This document shows positions 9,659 to 19,718 of a stretch of DNA of 64,000 nucleotides, one piece after another; within the stretch, counting starts at the first letter, position 1, and every line of letters starts with the position of its first letter. The position numbers and the translations under genes were made by a program. The notes beneath the pieces are model-generated. The model worked only from the letters and a program-made list of their open reading frames with translations, did not search any database and was not told the DNA's origin. The stretch is from Nitrospirota bacterium (GTDB taxonomy: Bacteria; Nitrospirota; UBA9217): assembly GCA_963737155.1 (NCBI GenBank), contig CAVTRN010000002.1, forward strand, positions 2,848,001 to 2,912,000, in the 5' to 3' direction.

Positions 9659-10669
9659 TTAAAGCTTAGACCAAAAACTCTCATCATTTGCGAGGTCATA
9701 GGCTTGATTAATTGCCGCCGTGATGTCCCCTTTACGAAAATCACGTGTTTTCAAGCTTGGAATTGGATTCGTTGGCGTCAGGGAAATAATGCGACGAGGA
9801 GTATATATATTTGTTAAGTTATCCGAGAGTGCTTTTTGCATTGCGCTAATGATTACTTTCAGTTTTTGGCCTTTATACTTAATAAACGGTTGGACGTTGC
9901 TGAAAATCGTGCTAGGATTGTTTTCAACTAATTTGTATCCGCTGTAAATTGCTCGTCTAATAGCACGGATTTCCAGAAGATCGTTAGCAAAGTCAACCCT
10001 CAATATTATGCGGAGATACCACGGCAGCCGTCCAGTATCGCTATATGTATTGTAGCACAAGCGACTATTTGAAAGAATGAATATTGTATCGCATTTGGCT
10101 TTGATCGCCTCGCCGAGTACGAAAGTTCCTCCATCAGAATGCCATTCTCCGTTAATCATTACCGGTGGCAAGAATCCTTGTAAGCTGATAGCGGCGAGCA
10201 TCAGCTGCTTTATTAATTTCGGATTTTCATGGAAGAGTGGGTCATGATTGGTAAAAATGTGATGTCTTAATCTATTTTCGTTGAAGGTTACAACTTGAAA
10301 TTCAATTGGAGAAGCCACAATCGATTCTGAGTCAAGACTGTCTATCACAAATTTAGATGCGCCATCATTAGAATAAAGATTAGACCCTCTGAAATTTTTA
10401 AATAACCCTGTCCAAGTGCGCCCAAAGATTTTATTTGATCCAAGTTGCTCAATTTTCTTCCATTTCTGTTCCAAGGCATCAACATCCCAATTGGTGCTGA
10501 TAAGATCGCCTCCTGATAACACTCCGACTGAAACGCTTTGGACAAAGAGCGGTTTAATCCCCCTAGTTGCCAGCGCCTTAATAAAGCCAACACTGTATGA
10601 TCCTGTAAAGCCTCCTCCATTAAATATTATTCCGACTTTTCCGAGATTCATAATATCCACTTTCCTCAT
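9659..10669 (-). CDS. Patatin-like phospholipase
   Basis: FNGGGFTG oxyanion loop, QSVSVG nucleophile elbow (SxSxG variant of GxSxG), SDGG catalytic Asp. AT-rich. Start may be the ATG at 10651. Confidence 0.85.
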   Translation of the reverse strand: MRKVDIMNLGKVGIIFNGGGFTGSYSVGFIKALATRGIKPLFVQSVSVGVLSGGDLISTNWDVDALEQKWKKIEQLGSNKIFGRTWTGLFKNFRGSNLYSNDGASKFVIDSLDSESIVASPIEFQVVTFNENRLRHHIFTNHDPLFHENPKLIKQLMLAAISLQGFLPPVMINGEWHSDGGTFVLGEAIKAKCDTIFILSNSRLCYNTYSDTGRLPWYLRIILRVDFANDLLEIRAIRRAIYSGYKLVENNPSTIFSNVQPFIKYKGQKLKVIISAMQKALSDNLTNIYTPRRIISLTPTNPIPSLKTRDFRKGDITAAINQAYDLANDESFWSKL

Positions 10670-10907
10670 GATTTCAGTGTGAAAGATACAAATTCCAAAT
10701 TATTTATTCTACAGTTTAGTATAGAAGGATTCGTTACCTTCAACTCGACAGAAATCGCACCCACTCGTCCAGGAAGAGTGTTTTCCCAAGTGGCTGTTGC
10801 TCGAGCCACTTCCCCTTTGGTGCATCCTCGAATTACACGAATTCTATAAAATGTTCGAACCTGGCCAGCGTGTGTAGGGTGTGCAGGGCAGTAGTTTATT
10901 ATTAGAT

Positions 10908-10950
10908 TAGTAGTGTAGTAGTGTAGTAGTAGTAGTAGTAGTAGTAGTAG
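10908..10950. repeat. TAG/CTA trinucleotide microsatellite
   Basis: (TAGTAGTG)2 followed by (TAG)9 at 10924-10950. Confidence 0.95.
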
Positions 10951-10952
10951 AA

Positions 10953-12590
10953 TCATTCACACTCGCATACGACATTCGCCAATTCCTTCGAAAAAGTCTC
11001 GAAGTTGACCGAATAATCGATGGGGCACTCGATGAGGACCACGGTCTTCAAAGAGAAAGCCTTCTGCAGCAGATCCGATAAATTGTCGTCTGCCTTTACT
11101 CTCATGCCAACGGCCCCGTAGCTCTCAGCATATTTCACGAAGTCCGGATTCTTGTATTCAAGTCCGAAATTCTCGAACCCCTTCGCTTGCTGTTCCCATC
11201 TAATGAATCCGAAGGCATTGTCGTTCAGCACCAAGATGACGAGGGGGAGATTGTAGCGAAGCGCTGTTTCAATCTCCCGCGAGTTCATCATGAACCCTCC
11301 GTCCCCCACCACAGCGAGCACATTTCGGTCCGGCTTTACCAGCTTGGCTGCCATGGCCGAAGGAAGACCGGCCCCCATGGTCGCGAGCGCGTTGTCCACC
11401 AGGAACGTGTTGGGTTTGTACGTCCTGTAGAGCCGTGAGAACCACAGTTTGTAAATCCCGTTGTCAAGCGTCAGAATGTCCTCGTGCGGGAGCGCTTCTC
11501 GCACGTGTCGCACAATCTCCTGGGGCGTCAGGGGAAAGTGATTCTTAAAATCAAGCGACAGCTTCTTGTCCAAAAATTTTCGGATAGCCTTGAAAGTATC
11601 ACCGTTTGTTTTGCAATCGATCAGTTCCCCAATCTGCCGAAGCGAGCACGAGACGTCTCCAACGACCTCGATGACAGGATCATAATAACGGTCAACCTCC
11701 GCCTCGGTAAAATCGATATTGATAATTTTTTTATCCAGATTGGGGTTCCAGATATAGGGCGGATACTCGACGATGTTGTAGCCGATTGTGATGATCACGT
11801 CAGCGTGGTCTATGCCGCAATTCACATAATCGCGCTTGTGGATCCCCGTTGCGAAGAGGCTGTACACCGAGTCATCGGTCACGACTCCCTTTCCCATCTG
11901 CGTATGGACGGCGTGAATGCCTGTCTTCTCGATGAACTGCATCAGTTGACACGTAATCAAGTGACGGTTTGCTCCCGAGGAAAGTATGATAAGCGGATTT
12001 TTTGCTTGATTGATCAGCTCGGCGGCTCGCAGAACAGCTTTGGGATCAGGTGCAGGCCTACGTACGAGACCGCGCTTCTGTACGTCCGCGTCGGTCGTGC
12101 TCCTGGCCACGTCCTCAGGCAGTTCCACATGAACCGCGCCCGGACGTTCCGCCTGAGCCAGTTTGAAGGCGTTTCTCAAGACCGTTGGAATTGCTCCTGA
12201 ATCGACGATAGACACTGATTCTTTGGTAATAGGCCGCATCAGGCTCACGATATTGATGAGCTGGAACCTGGCCTGCCGGTTACCACGAAGTGCTTTTTGA
12301 GCCGAGATAGAAACAAGCGGCGCACCGATGAGCTGCGCATGGGCCACACCGGTAACCAGATTCGTCGCCCCAGGCCCGAGGGTCGAGAAGCATACCCCGG
12401 CTTTTCCTGTAAGCCGTCCATAGGTCGCAGCCATGAACGCCGCAGTCTGCTCGTGGCGAGTAAGGATCAACTTGATTTTTGATGTACGAAGTGATTCCAG
12501 AAAATCGAGGTTTTCCTCACCAGGCAATCCAAAAACATACTCTACCCCTTCCTCCTCCAACTGTCTCAAGAACAAATCGGAAGCCTTCAC
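10953..12590 (-). CDS. ThDP-dependent acetolactate-synthase-like enzyme, probable 2-oxoglutarate decarboxylase (OgdA-like)
   Basis: FGLPGEENL, RHEQ, STLGPGATN, GDGGFMMN...LNDN ThDP motif. Directly downstream of SSADH; no ilvH/ilvC nearby. Confidence 0.85.
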   Translation of the reverse strand: MKASDLFLRQLEEEGVEYVFGLPGEENLDFLESLRTSKIKLILTRHEQTAAFMAATYGRLTGKAGVCFSTLGPGATNLVTGVAHAQLIGAPLVSISAQKALRGNRQARFQLINIVSLMRPITKESVSIVDSGAIPTVLRNAFKLAQAERPGAVHVELPEDVARSTTDADVQKRGLVRRPAPDPKAVLRAAELINQAKNPLIILSSGANRHLITCQLMQFIEKTGIHAVHTQMGKGVVTDDSVYSLFATGIHKRDYVNCGIDHADVIITIGYNIVEYPPYIWNPNLDKKIINIDFTEAEVDRYYDPVIEVVGDVSCSLRQIGELIDCKTNGDTFKAIRKFLDKKLSLDFKNHFPLTPQEIVRHVREALPHEDILTLDNGIYKLWFSRLYRTYKPNTFLVDNALATMGAGLPSAMAAKLVKPDRNVLAVVGDGGFMMNSREIETALRYNLPLVILVLNDNAFGFIRWEQQAKGFENFGLEYKNPDFVKYAESYGAVGMRVKADDNLSDLLQKAFSLKTVVLIECPIDYSVNFETFSKELANVVCECE

Positions 12591-12703
12591 GCTCTATCCC
12601 CTCTCCTCGGAAATATATCACCACGACATTCAGCACTGCATCAATCGTATAGTTTCCCTTTAGCTGTGAACAAACTGAACTCTGAATATTGAAGAAAACT
12701 TAT

Positions 12704-14209
12704 TTATTCCTTAATCACCACGGTCTTGATATTTACGAACTCCTTCAACCCATAATGCGACAGTTCCCTTCCGATTCCGGACTTTTTCACCCCGCCAAAG
12801 GGCAGCCGAGGGTCTGATTTTACCATATCGTTGATGGCGATGGTCCCTGCTTGAAGCTTCGCGGCGACCCTCTCCGCCCGATCCGTGTTTTTGCTCCAGA
12901 TCGCCGCTCCGAGGCCGTATTCGGTATCATTTGCCACCCGGACCGCTTCGTCTTCGTCCCTGACGACGATCACCGGTGCGATAGGGCCGAAGACTTCCTC
13001 GTGCAGGACTTTCATGTTCGGTTTCGAATTATAGATCGCGGCGGGAGCGAAGAAAAGACCTTTCAGTGCCGCCACCGGCATCTGTATAACCTCGGCTCCT
13101 TTCGCCGCAGCATCCCTCAACTGTGCGTTCAGCGAGTTCAGGATGTCCCTCCTCGCAACAGGACCGATGTCAGTCGACTCGTCCATGGGATCGCCTATCT
13201 TTAATTCACGCAGACGGGCGATGAAGTGCTTTTTAAACTCCTCGGCCACACCTTCCATAACGATGAACCTCTTCGCTGCGATACAACTCTGTCCCGTATT
13301 GACTACCCTTGCGTTCGCGGCCATGCGGCCAGCCTTTTCCACATCCGCATCGTCGAGAACAATAAAGGGGTCTGATCCGCCCAGTTCAAGAACGAGTTTT
13401 TTTATCTTTCTTCCCGCGTGTTCGCCCACAACCTCACCGGCTTGGTTGCTGCCCGTCAGAGAGACGCCATCAACTAGGTCCTTGTCGATGAGCCTCAAAG
13501 CCTCAGTCGCATCGATTATCAGAGTTTTGAACACATTGTCCGGGAACCCTGCTTTCCGGAACGCCTCTTCGATGGCAAGGGCAGTCATAGGAACGTTAGA
13601 CGCATGCTTCAGGACTACGACGTTGCCTGCTGCAATTGCCGGGATGCCGAATCGAAAAGCCTGCCAGAACGGAAAGTTCCAGGGCATGATCGCCAAAACA
13701 ACACCCAGGGGCTGAAACATAACATAGCTCTTTTTTGCCTCAGTTTTGATATCTTCCGGAGTCAGAAACCGTGTGGCATTTTCCGCATAGTAATCGCACA
13801 GCCATGCGCATTTCTCCACTTCAGCCAGTGATTCCTTGATCGGCTTGCCCATCTCACTAGTCATGAGCACTGCATTCGCCCGCTTCTCCGATCTCAACAC
13901 TTCGCCCAGCTTTTTGATATATTTCACTCGCTCAGTTACCGGCACATCACGCCAGTTCAAGAAGGCATTTCTCGACATTTGGATTTCCCGGTCCACTTCG
14001 TCGCGCTCCAGGAGATTGAACTCTCGAATCACCTGTTCGGTATATGGGTTGATAGATTGAATCTTCCCTGCTTTTCTTATAAAGGATTTTATCGATTGAA
14101 CTTTCATTTTTTTCATCCCTTTCACGGGGGACGTCACGCTTTTCATTTTGGAGCGGGTCATCCTTTTCTTTACCTGCTTCTTTTTTACGATAGCCTTTTT
14201 TGCTGCCAT
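12704..14209 (-). CDS. NAD(P)-dependent succinate-semialdehyde dehydrogenase (Sad/SsaD type) with Lys-rich N-terminal extension
   Basis: IMPWNFPFWQ, LKHASNVP, LELGGSDP, NTGQSCIAAKRF, EEVFGP, FGGVKKSGIGRELS. Confidence 0.9.
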   Translation of the reverse strand: MAAKKAIVKKKQVKKRMTRSKMKSVTSPVKGMKKMKVQSIKSFIRKAGKIQSINPYTEQVIREFNLLERDEVDREIQMSRNAFLNWRDVPVTERVKYIKKLGEVLRSEKRANAVLMTSEMGKPIKESLAEVEKCAWLCDYYAENATRFLTPEDIKTEAKKSYVMFQPLGVVLAIMPWNFPFWQAFRFGIPAIAAGNVVVLKHASNVPMTALAIEEAFRKAGFPDNVFKTLIIDATEALRLIDKDLVDGVSLTGSNQAGEVVGEHAGRKIKKLVLELGGSDPFIVLDDADVEKAGRMAANARVVNTGQSCIAAKRFIVMEGVAEEFKKHFIARLRELKIGDPMDESTDIGPVARRDILNSLNAQLRDAAAKGAEVIQMPVAALKGLFFAPAAIYNSKPNMKVLHEEVFGPIAPVIVVRDEDEAVRVANDTEYGLGAAIWSKNTDRAERVAAKLQAGTIAINDMVKSDPRLPFGGVKKSGIGRELSHYGLKEFVNIKTVVIKE

Positions 14210-14318
14210 ACGCGTCCTCCCTCCGATTACCGCTAAATATTAAACTGCAGCCATAAACTACACAAAATAAACTTTCGCGGTTTTATTGATTCCGTAATTC
14301 GTATCTCAGCAGCCTCTT

Positions 14319-15536
14319 TCATTTTCTCTGTTTTGCTGGCGTATAAGAGCAACCCGTCCGACCACAGTAATTACCGATGTAATCCGAAGACGGCCGGTAG
14401 AGCGCAGGTTTTTCCTGAGCTTCCCCGAACTTTTCCTCGATAATATGGGCGGTCCAGCCCGCGATCCGTGCTATGGCGAAAACCGCCGTCATAAGATCGT
14501 TCGGGATGCCCATCAAGTGGTAAACCGGGGCGCTATAAAAATCCACATTCGGCTTGATCGTAGTCTTGCCCCGTTTCTCTAATTCGGCCACCGCGGTCTC
14601 TTCGACCTCTGTCAACAGCCGAGTCCATATCTCCTGTCCGAGTTTTTTCCCGAGCCGCCTGCCCATCTCTTTCAGGAATTTAGCCCTCGGATCGGTTGTC
14701 TTGTATATGGCATGCCCTAAACCCATGATCTTCTTGCCGCTCTCAAGTTGACTTTTCACCCACCCGGGCACATCCTTCTCATCCCGCAGTTCCATCAGCA
14801 TCTTCATGACCTGAGCATTGGCGCCGCCGTGCAGACTACCGGAAAGAGCACCCACGCCGGCTGCCACGCCAGCATACATATGCGCCTGTGTCGAAACCAC
14901 TTCGCGGCAGGCGAATGTGGAGGCGTTGAATGAGTGGTCGGCATGGAGCACTAGCGCGGTATCAAAATCCTTCGCTATCTCTGGGTCGGGCTTTATACCG
15001 CTCATCTGCCAGAGAAAATTTCCCGCATGAGAAAGCGTTTCATCGGGAGGAAGTGGCATCAGCTCCTGCCGTATCCGCTGCCACGCGGCGACCACTTCGG
15101 CAACACGCGCGATGAGTTGGATGGCCTTAAATAGATTCGCTTCCCTCGTCTCCCTTGTCAGTTCAGGGTCATCCATCGCTAGCAGCGGAATTGCCGACTG
15201 GAGCACATCCATGGGCTGGGACTGGCGAGGCAATTGTTTCATGCTCTCGATCACGAATCCGGGCAAACGCCGCGCCTCGGCGAGACGCTGTAAAAATTCC
15301 TTCAGCTGCTCCACTGTCGGAAGCGCGTCATAAAGCAGAAGGTAGGCGGTCTCCTCGAATGTCGAATTACTTGCCAGATCCTCGATCCGGTACCCACGAT
15401 AGATAAGAATGCCGTTATCACCGTCCACGTCAGAGATCTTCGTATCCGCTACTTTAACGCCGCGCAGACCGATGTTTTTGGTTTCAATATCTTTGCATTT
15501 TCTGGCAAATTCACCTATTTGAGCTCTAGCTCCCAT
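14319..15536 (-). CDS. gltA: Citrate synthase
   Basis: GLRGV, LHADHSFNASTF, LHGGAN, MGLGHAIYKTTDPRA, PNVDFYSA. Confidence 0.93.
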   Translation of the reverse strand: MGARAQIGEFARKCKDIETKNIGLRGVKVADTKISDVDGDNGILIYRGYRIEDLASNSTFEETAYLLLYDALPTVEQLKEFLQRLAEARRLPGFVIESMKQLPRQSQPMDVLQSAIPLLAMDDPELTRETREANLFKAIQLIARVAEVVAAWQRIRQELMPLPPDETLSHAGNFLWQMSGIKPDPEIAKDFDTALVLHADHSFNASTFACREVVSTQAHMYAGVAAGVGALSGSLHGGANAQVMKMLMELRDEKDVPGWVKSQLESGKKIMGLGHAIYKTTDPRAKFLKEMGRRLGKKLGQEIWTRLLTEVEETAVAELEKRGKTTIKPNVDFYSAPVYHLMGIPNDLMTAVFAIARIAGWTAHIIEEKFGEAQEKPALYRPSSDYIGNYCGRTGCSYTPAKQRK

Positions 15537-15802
15537 AATCAGCCTTTCTTTGATAACCTTGAATCAGAATGGGGAACAACACCTTCTATTAATGTTCCAT
15601 CCTGTCCAGGTCGATCCTGAACCCTAAAAGACTCTTGACAATAGTACACCTACATCATGGAGAAAAACGCAATAAATACTTAATGAAATTTCCCAAAAAA
15701 GACTTATACATCTTCAGCCTCACGAAGCACTCTTTGGAATTTCTGTGACAATTCTCTTTTCCTCTTGAAAAGGATTGGATCCTGAGAAAATAATTTCTCT
15801 CC

Positions 15803-17764
15803 CTACCTTTCTTTATATTTACGCTCCGCTTCCGCCTGAAGCTCCTTTTTCACAAAATTCAGCGTCCCGCCAGCCAGCAGGTACTTGCGCTGCCGCAGGG
15901 ACACGTCCAGAAGCGTCATAATAGCCCTGCTGTCGACCTCTACAGGGATTTCCTGATCACCGCGCTTTATCCGCGCCCTAATCTCCGGGAAAGTAACCTT
16001 CGTGCCCTTGATCAGAAGGTCATAGTCCTTTGGATCTTTGAACGTAAGCGGCAAGATGCCAAAGTTACAAAGGTTCGATTTGTGGATTCGGGCGAAACTC
16101 TTAACGATCTTAGCGCGCACGCCAAGATAGCGCGGTGCAAGTGCAGCGTGCTCGCGGCTCGATCCCTGTCCGTAATTCTCGCCACCTACCACGACCACGG
16201 TGCCGCGCGCCCTGCATTCTTTTGCAAAGTCAGGCTCGATCTGGGAAAAAACGAAATCGCTTAGCGCTTCAATATTCGAGCGGAAGGGCAAGACCCTGTT
16301 GCCGGCTGGCATGATCCCGTCAGTAGAAATGTTATCCCCCACCCTCAACACAACTTCAGCTTGAAACGTGTCGGGAAGTGGTTTAAGTTCCGGTAGCGGC
16401 TTAATATTAGGGCCACGGAGGATTTCGGTTTTCGTAAGCCCCTTCGCCGGGGAAATGACCGATTTTTCATCGATGATATATCGGACCGGGTCTTCAACCC
16501 GTGGGTAGGGCATCTCCTTTGACAAATCGCGGGGATCGGTGATAACGCCCCTCAATGCTGCTGCTGTCGCGGTCTCAGGTGAGCAAAGGTATATCTTGTC
16601 ATCCTTTGTCCCACTTCTTCCTGGAAAGTTCCGGGGGAATGTACGAAGACTGACTTCACCGGTTCCAGGAGCTTGACCCATCCCGATGCAGCCCTGGCAG
16701 CCCGGCTCATGCATGCGCGCGCCCGAGGTCAGGAATGCTAGAAGTCCGCCAGCCTTATACACGTTTTCTAACACCTGACGACTTCCGGGGTTCACATGGA
16801 ACGACGTGTCAGGATACACGTGCCGATTTTCCAAAATTTTGGCGGCTATCATCAGATCGCGGAATGATGAATTCACACTGCTACCCACGATGGCTTGGTC
16901 CACTTTGATTCCGGCGACATCGCGCACAGGAACCACATTGCCGGGTGACGAAGGCTTGGCGATAAGCGGTTCAAGTTTCGACAAATCGATTTCGGTGTAT
17001 TCGTCATATTCGGCGCCCTCATCCGTGGAAAATGGAACCCATGCATCCCCCCGGCCCTGGGCAATCAGATATTCACGGGTGCGTTCATCGGACGGGAAAA
17101 TAGAGGTTGTCGCACCAGTCTCGGTTCCCATGTTGCCAATTGTCTCCCTATCCGTCGCAGACAGGGTCCTAACTCCCGGACCGCAATACTCGATAATTTT
17201 CCCCACACAGCCCTTCACGTCGTAGCGTCTGAGCATTTCAAGAATCACATCCTTTGCACTCACCCAGTCCGGGAGCGTCCCCGTGAGATTTACGCCGAGC
17301 ACCTTAGGACATGGGAAATAATAGGGATAGCCGGCCATGGCGAGGGCAACATCGAGTCCTCCCGCCCCAATACCCAGCATGGAAACGCCGGCGGCGCCGG
17401 GAGTATGGCTGTCGGCTCCCAGCATCGTCTTTCCCGGGATGCCAAAGCGTTCCATGTGCACCTGATGCGACACCCCATTCCCCGGCTGGCTAAAGTGTAT
17501 GCCGTATCGTGCGGCAGCTGTCTGGAGGAACTTATGGTCGTCGGCGTTTTTATTGTCTGTCTGGAGTAGGTTGTGATCGACGTACTGAGCGCAAAGCTCG
17601 GCCTTCACCCCATTGATGCCCAAAGACTCAAACTCGAGGATTGCCAGTGTTCCTGTGGCGTCCTGCAGCAAGGTGTGATCGATTCTGATACCAATCTCCT
17701 TGCCCGGTTCCAGTTCTCCCTCGATAAGATGAGCTTCTAAAATTTTATAAGTCAGATTCTTCAT
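15803..17764 (-). CDS. Aconitate hydratase (653-aa archaeal/firmicute type)
   Basis: QDATGT, GADSHT, GCQGCIGMGQ, RNFPGRSG, STDGIMPAG, NYGQGSSREHAA. Confidence 0.93.
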   Translation of the reverse strand: MKNLTYKILEAHLIEGELEPGKEIGIRIDHTLLQDATGTLAILEFESLGINGVKAELCAQYVDHNLLQTDNKNADDHKFLQTAAARYGIHFSQPGNGVSHQVHMERFGIPGKTMLGADSHTPGAAGVSMLGIGAGGLDVALAMAGYPYYFPCPKVLGVNLTGTLPDWVSAKDVILEMLRRYDVKGCVGKIIEYCGPGVRTLSATDRETIGNMGTETGATTSIFPSDERTREYLIAQGRGDAWVPFSTDEGAEYDEYTEIDLSKLEPLIAKPSSPGNVVPVRDVAGIKVDQAIVGSSVNSSFRDLMIAAKILENRHVYPDTSFHVNPGSRQVLENVYKAGGLLAFLTSGARMHEPGCQGCIGMGQAPGTGEVSLRTFPRNFPGRSGTKDDKIYLCSPETATAAALRGVITDPRDLSKEMPYPRVEDPVRYIIDEKSVISPAKGLTKTEILRGPNIKPLPELKPLPDTFQAEVVLRVGDNISTDGIMPAGNRVLPFRSNIEALSDFVFSQIEPDFAKECRARGTVVVVGGENYGQGSSREHAALAPRYLGVRAKIVKSFARIHKSNLCNFGILPLTFKDPKDYDLLIKGTKVTFPEIRARIKRGDQEIPVEVDSRAIMTLLDVSLRQRKYLLAGGTLNFVKKELQAEAERKYKER

Positions 17765-18857
17765 TATCCTTAGTATTTACCCCTCCATGTAGCCATTTCT
17801 GCCTTTGAAAGTCTTTATAATCAGGATAAAAACTCTCTTTTTTTCTGTATATAGATTTTTATCTTTTCCTTTATAATTTTACCACAGTTTGAGTTCATTC
17901 GTATACGCTGCTTCCGTATTTATGATCACAAAAATAAAACTGCTGCTCTAAATTCTTAATTGATCGCAAACATTGACAGAGAATGGCAAAAGGAAGTACT
18001 TTCCCCAGGATTTTAGCTGTCGGAGACTTGGCAAACGCGACTTTTTTTGTAAATATCGCAAATCTTGAAGTCTGAACTATTTTCCTTATTCAGAACCTTC
18101 TTCTGCATTTATTCCAGAACCGATCCCAGCGTGAACTGGAAAAATCCTAAGCCCTGATCCTTTTTTGCAAAAGCGGTGCGGAACCGTTCAGCTATGATCT
18201 CGCGATACCGTTGTGTAGAGGGTCTTGCAAGGACCTGGCGATGACGCGCTAGCGATGCGGTACATACTCGCTTCGGAGAGCGGCATCTTCGTCTGGTGCA
18301 ACTCATCGGAGGGTACAAGGGTTGTCCGCAACGCAAACGTCGATGGCCGTACCAAAACTTCTGGCATGGTGATTGCAAACTCCGCTGACATCAGCATGAA
18401 TGCCGGGACCACAACATGTACGTTAAATATTGATTGAGTGGTTCTGTTCCTTTTGTCGACATATCCGCACAGGGAACAGCCACGGGATGAATAGGCAGGT
18501 TTGTCGCGGCAATTTTAATGCTAAGCGGTGACCGTAATGAACCAAGTTTATTATTGACAAGGATTTTCCAAACATCAATATGAGCCGGTTAGTCCTTCAT
18601 AAAGGATCGGGCCTTCTGAAATCTAAATGATCTACAATGAGTTCCGCGGGCTTGTGGATAAGAACAGCATGGTTTATTAAGCGTTCGATCTGGTTTTTCT
18701 TAATCTGTTGAAAGTTTTAGAGTAGCATCAGTAATAATGTCCCGTCACCGGCAATGCCGGTGCATCATAGCCCAGCAATTCTAAAATATGCAACTGCTTA
18801 TCGAGAAAGAAGTTACAGCAGCATCATTCTTTCTTCACGATCTTCAATCAAACGCCA

Positions 18858-19718
18858 CTATAAACCGCTCTGATGAAGCAGGAAAACAATTGCTGACGCG
18901 CAGACACAATATATCCCAAACAGATACCATCTACCTCTTTCCAACCAATTGGAAAGCCACTTAAGAGCTAAAATTCCAGAAGCAAAGCTTAGTACCATAC
19001 CTAACAGGCTGGGGTAAAAAAGGCCCAACATATTTGTCACATTAGCTGAAAATGCCTGGTGTGCTTTCAGTAATCTTAAGACTTCTCGGACAATTATGGG
19101 TGGTGTTAGAACAACGGCAAGGGCGAAACTAAACTCCTCCGCTCTTTTTTTGGCTACCCCCAAAAGAAGTCCGGTGGATATAGTTGCGCCGGAACGCGAA
19201 AATCCTCGAAACGGTAAACAGATACCCTGTACAGCCCCGATCCAGCAAGATTCCTTTAAGCCCAAAGCAACTTTATCCCCGCGACGAAACCTTTCCAACC
19301 CTGTGAGAATGATTAAAATACCTACTGCTGCAAGGGCTGCTGTGATTAAAACCATGTTGCCAAAGACCAGTTCGATCTCCGCATGTGGGACATCCCTTAA
19401 TATAAATTTCTCAATAAAATATTTTAGCAATAAACCTATAGTACCCGTTAAAAATGAAGCTGCTGTGATAAGCTTGACTGAATCCCAAATGACTTTTCGC
19501 GAAGAAAAAAAGGACGCTTTCCACGATTTCCAAAAAAAGAAGATAACCGCAAACATGGTACCCGTGTGAAGCATCACCAGAAGAAGCGTCATTTCCGGGC
19601 TCGTTGGGTCGAGTCCCATCAATTTTTCCGCTACGATGACATGAGCGGAACTCGAGATTGGCAGCAATTCAGCAGCCCCCTGGATTATAGCGAGAACGAG
19701 AATCTTGAATAGGGTCAT
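18858..19718 (-). CDS. uppP: Undecaprenyl-diphosphate phosphatase
   Basis: QGAAELLPISSSAH and FRGFSRSGATI BacA motifs; multiple TM helices. Confidence 0.92.
   Translation of the reverse strand: MTLFKILVLAIIQGAAELLPISSSAHVIVAEKLMGLDPTSPEMTLLLVMLHTGTMFAVIFFFWKSWKASFFSSRKVIWDSVKLITAASFLTGTIGLLLKYFIEKFILRDVPHAEIELVFGNMVLITAALAAVGILIILTGLERFRRGDKVALGLKESCWIGAVQGICLPFRGFSRSGATISTGLLLGVAKKRAEEFSFALAVVLTPPIIVREVLRLLKAHQAFSANVTNMLGLFYPSLLGMVLSFASGILALKWLSNWLERGRWYLFGIYCVCASAIVFLLHQSGL

Noticed and set aside
10666-10956. 96-aa ORF with poly-Leu start, and a GGTTCGAA T-loop-like motif
   Set aside because: The poly-Leu is just the CTA microsatellite; no T-stem or cloverleaf can be formed.
18109-18840. 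Fragmented minus-strand ORFs upstream of aconitase; considered an isocitrate dehydrogenase relic
   Set aside because: No IDH motifs found; probably a decayed gene that I cannot identify.
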